Below, piece after piece: positions 37,758 to 41,314 of a stretch of 41,314 nt of DNA. The stretch's first letter is position 1. The number at the start of each line of letters is the position of its first letter. Below the pieces are notes generated by a model. The model searched no databases. It was not told where the DNA came from and saw nothing but the letters and a program-made list of their open reading frames with translations. This stretch comes from a virus (taxonomy: Duplodnaviria > Caudoviricetes). The position numbers were made by a program, and so were the translations under genes. The stretch is from the IMG/VR virus record IMGVR_UViG_3300049182_000023, positions 1 through 41,314 of that record; one strand, given 5' to 3'.

Positions 37758-39892
37758 TCGGCGGCACCCGGATCAGGCTGCATTGATGCGCTCACCATCG
37801 ACGCCTGAGCGCTGATCTGGGCGGTCTCAATGGCGGTCTGGTGGGCGATCTGAGCCTTCAGAATCTCCAGCTCCGTCTGCTTCTCAACCTTGAACTGCTC
37901 CAGCGCCATCTCCGACTCGATCTTCATGCGGTCGCGCTCGGCCTGAAGCTGCAATTCCTGCGCCGCCTGTTCCTGTTGCAGGCTCTGCTTCATCTGTTCA
38001 GTCTGCATGTCGGTCTGAGACTTGACCTGAGCCAACTGCGCCTGCGATTGCGCGTTGATTTGTGCCAACTGCTGCGCACCCTGTTGCTTCATCTGCTCCA
38101 ACTGAAGCTCCATCGGCGGCGGATCAGGCTCAGTCTTCGGCTGAGGCGGCGTGAAGAAGTCGGCCGAGTCGCGATAACCCATCGCCTCGCACAGCTTGGA
38201 GAGCGTGTTGTAGATGTTCTGCGGCGTGGCAATGCCGATCTGTGCGGCCTCGCGCTGTGCGTTGCCAATCAGGGTCAGGTTCGCCACCTTCTGCGCCTTG
38301 TCCGCCGCGCCTAGCCCCACCTGCACGCTTACGCGGTAGCTGGTCTTCCACTCGCGCGGATCCATCTGCAACCAGCGGCCGTTCAACTTGATCTGCGCCG
38401 GACGATCCTGGTACTGGCACACCAGCTTCAGCACTAAGCGGTACATGCGCGACAGGCCCGTCTCCGCCAACACGCGGGCGATGAGCTTCTGACGCTGCGC
38501 ACCGGCCTGCATGAGCGATTGCACGCCCTCGCTGCCTACTGCGCCCTTTGCTAGCGACTCAGCGTTGAGCGCGCTATTGGTCTCCGTGACGCCGGTGCGG
38601 GTGTCGCGCACCTGATCGGTGAACTGGATCAGTTCCAGACCGGCCTGCGCTACGAACGGGACCGTTTGCTGGCGAATGGCGTCAGAAGGCGCGCCGGGCT
38701 TGATGCGGATCACGCCACCCGGCTTCGGGTTCAACAGGTCGTCAAGGTTGACCTGTCCTTCCATCACCGCGTTGCGCGGCATATTCGACAGATACACGTT
38801 GTCCAGCACTTGGCGGGTCAGCGCGGTCTTGATCCGCTGCAAGTCCTCGACCAAGTCGTAGAACCCGACGCCAATCACCTTGTAGGGCATCAGGATCGGA
38901 GTGAACAAGGCAAACGGATGGTCGTCTGTTACCTCATTCTCGTGAATGTAGGTGCCCGCCTTGACGATGCGACGGAACTCGGCAATGCCGTCACCGTCCG
39001 TGTCCACGCGGATATAGGCTTCGGTGACCGTGATCTTGCGTTGGGACTTGTCGCCCTCGTCCGAGTCGTCGTCGCCGGAGTCGTCGTAGTCGTGGCGTGC
39101 ATCGCGCTCCGCATCGCCCTCGGCCGTCTCGTCGGACGGGATGAGGTCCACTTCCTTCTTCGGCCAACCCTCGCTGATCAGGTCCGACGCGGTGCGCTGT
39201 ACCTCCTACGCGATGAAGCGCACGTCATCGATGGTGCGGGCGTCCTTGCAGATGCGGATTTCCTCGGGCGGCACGCCTTCGCAGACGTACTTCTCCGTCT
39301 TCTCCTTGCGCTTGACCTTCACATCGAAGGTCTGCCCCAGCTCGGGCGGCATGCCATCCATCATTCCGGAGGGCGGCACCTCGCCGTAGGGCACCTCTTC
39401 CACGATCTCGACTTCCGGATCGTTCTTGAGGATGTCCAGCTCAACCTACGAGACGCCCTGATAGCGCTCTTCCTTCGTCACATACGACTTGTCGCAGTAC
39501 GCCTTGACCACGCCCATGCGCTGGATCAGGCACGACTTGATCGCATCGTGCAGCGTCACGAAGCCGTTGTTGCGCTCGAAGATGACGTGTTCCACATAGC
39601 GTGTGGCGTCGTCTGCGCCCTTCTCGTCGGCCTCGTTGTCCGGCTGGAAGGAGACGATGCCCGCGCCCGTCAGCGCCTCCATGAGGCCCGGCATGGCCCA
39701 TTCCACCGTGTCCATCAGGTCTTTGCTGACGACGCGGCTGCGGCCCTATACGTCAGGCGGGGCTAGCTCGCCCTTTGCCTCGCCGAGGTAGAACTCCATC
39801 GCGCGCTCACGATCCGCCGCAAAGGCGTCGTCCACGCCAATGGAGTTGCGGCGTTCGCGGTCGATCAGCGCGCAGAGTTCGGTGTCACGCAT
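37754..39892 (-). CDS. Portal protein, 712 aa with TAG at 39746, 39446 and 39206
   Basis: MRDTELCALID...APPDV*GRSRVVSKDLMDTVEWAMP...GVS*VELD...RFIA*EVQRT...; Gln-rich C-terminal barrel; single frame to TGA. Confidence 0.92.
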
Positions 39893-39897
39893 GGCGA

Positions 39898-40080
39898 TCA
39901 GGATTCCTTGTCAGCCAGCAAGCGGCGGCCAGCATCGGATACGCGGTAAAGCTCACCACTGCGCTCCGCGTAGCCCTTGCTCACCAGCCCCTCAAACACC
40001 ATTGGCGAGAATGCTTCCATGATCGCTTCGCGTGTCATTACGCGACGTTCGGCGATGTAGTTCAGTGCTTGGTTGATCAT
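39898..40080 (-). CDS. Small winged-helix-like hypothetical protein (60 aa)
   Basis: ATGA overlap with the terL stop; LVSKGYAE...YRVSDAGRRLL. Confidence 0.6.
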   Translation of the reverse strand: MINQALNYIAERRVMTREAIMEAFSPMVFEGLVSKGYAERSGELYRVSDAGRRLLADKES

Positions 40081-41314
40081 GCGACCTTCATATCCGGGTA
40101 TTTCAATGCGGTGCTCCACGTATCGGGTGTGACCGGCTCAGCGAATGTCAGCGCAATCGCGTCCCAACCGTCAGGGCTGGGCACTCCGCGACGGCGCATG
40201 TCTTCCTTCTTCTCCAGCACTAGGCGCGTCTGGCTGTCGTACTTGTAGCCGGGACCACACGCCTCAGCCTGCAACGCATCCTCGTCAGGGACGCTCGCTC
40301 CGGCTGGGTCTTCCAGCCATTCCTTAGACTTCATCCACATCTCAGCGCGGCGGTTGAGCGGGCCAGGAATCTAAGTGCCGTCCTCCGCGTACTTCGGCGG
40401 CTCCAACGGAGCAGCGCCGAAGTTCACAGCGCGGATCACCTTTTCGTAGCCCATCTCCTTGAGGCGGTCGTACACGCCAGCACCAAGCCCGCCCACATCG
40501 ATGAACATGCGTGCAGGCTTCTCGGTGTCGATCACCTGCTTGGCCCAGCCCGCGACCTCCATTGTGTCCTTCTTGAACTTGCGCTCAACCTTCAGCACCT
40601 TGCGTCCGCGCCTGCGCGCCATCGCGCTGCCATCGTCGCCGAAGCGTGACGGATCCAAGCCGATCACCAACGGGCCGGACGGATCGCACTCGGCCTTTCG
40701 GGCTTCGGCCACCAGCGCTGGCTTGATGTAACTGTCATGGCCGCTCATCTGGAACGCCTCTGCCGCCGTGGCGGGGTATTCCTGCTTGAACAGCGCGGCG
40801 TCCTTCAACTCGGCAATCTTGTTGCGTCGCCATGCCATCTACTCAAGGTCCAGCCCATAGATGCGCTGGTACTTTTGTTCCTCTTCGTCCAGCGCGAAGT
40901 CATCCGGCACTTCTTTGCGGTATTCCTCCTGCCAGTACCACGGCACAAAGATCGCAATGAAGTCGCCCACGCCGCGCTCAGCGTCGCTCCACTTCTGGTG
41001 GAAGAAGTTACCAACGCCGTTCGCGGTGCTTTCGAGGATGACTTCAGTGCCGTCCACATCCGGAACGGCCTGCAACACACCAGCTGCGTGCGTCTCCGCA
41101 TGGGGCCAAAACGCCACCTCGGATCCGTGGAACAACTGGATCGTGCTGGATCGGCCCACTCCCTTGGTGCCAGCGGTGCCAACCTTGTATCCGCTGTCGA
41201 TCTTGTCGAAGAAAAGCTCTTTGGCGTTCGCTGCGCCCGTCGATGGGCGAACGAAGACCGGACAATGTTCGTGATACCTGTTCACCATCTCGAACAGGTT
41301 TTGAGTCGCTTGAT
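40077..41314 (-). CDS. terL: Terminase large subunit, C-terminal part; TAG at 40839 and 40371 (whole protein 512 aa, 3 TAGs)
   Basis: FHGSEVAFW (Walker B), ESTANG, LDLE*MAWRR, GLDPSRFGDD nuclease motif, NRRAEMW and SPDGWDA; TGA at 40077. Confidence 0.93.
41188..41314. repeat. Terminal direct repeat (copy of 1-127)
   Basis: Exact duplicate of positions 1-127. Confidence 0.95.

Noticed and set aside
26531-41314. Structural genes as pseudogenes of a decaying prophage, or sequencing errors
   Set aside because: All 25 interruptions are TAG, with no TAA/TGA or frameshifts. They are confined to one module and show strong context bias. A CUA tRNA is present and the genome is circular with intact attP.
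41188-41314. Biological direct terminal repeat
   Set aside because: It is exactly 127 nt and falls in the middle of terL, which is typical of an assembler k-mer overlap.
1-41314. Apparent abundance of CTAG sites and CTA Leu codons
   Set aside because: A partial count by eye did not exceed compositional expectation; a proper tetranucleotide analysis would be needed.

Overview
This is a complete, circularly assembled genome of a GC-rich temperate phage: 41,187 bp of unique sequence plus a 127-bp terminal duplication. It has a podovirus/P22-like morphogenesis gene order, and the host is probably Xanthomonadaceae-like (inferred from the attP tRNA-Val fragment and gene content). A lambdoid cI/cro switch with five 17-bp operators lies at about 15.8-16.7 kb. 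The rightward arm carries recombination genes, xis, int and attP. The leftward arm carries replication, accessory, Q-like and lysis genes, then wraps across the origin into packaging, head and tail genes. The main discovery is an amber-suppression system. The phage encodes a Gln-type tRNA with a CUA anticodon (1628-1702, minus strand). Fifteen genes downstream of it in the same orientation (including terL, portal, scaffold, capsid, adaptor, nozzle, ejection proteins and tail fibre) are interrupted by 25 in-frame TAG codons, with no internal TAA/TGA or frameshifts. Several TAGs sit where I recall Gln in homologues (KGRQ*GCST, EW*TD). I found no internal TAGs in the lysis or early genes. 24 of the 25 TAGs have a purine at +4. 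The pattern suggests a tRNA-gated translational lock on virion production rather than genome-wide recoding. Gene models were read by hand and functional calls rest on motif recognition, not database searches.
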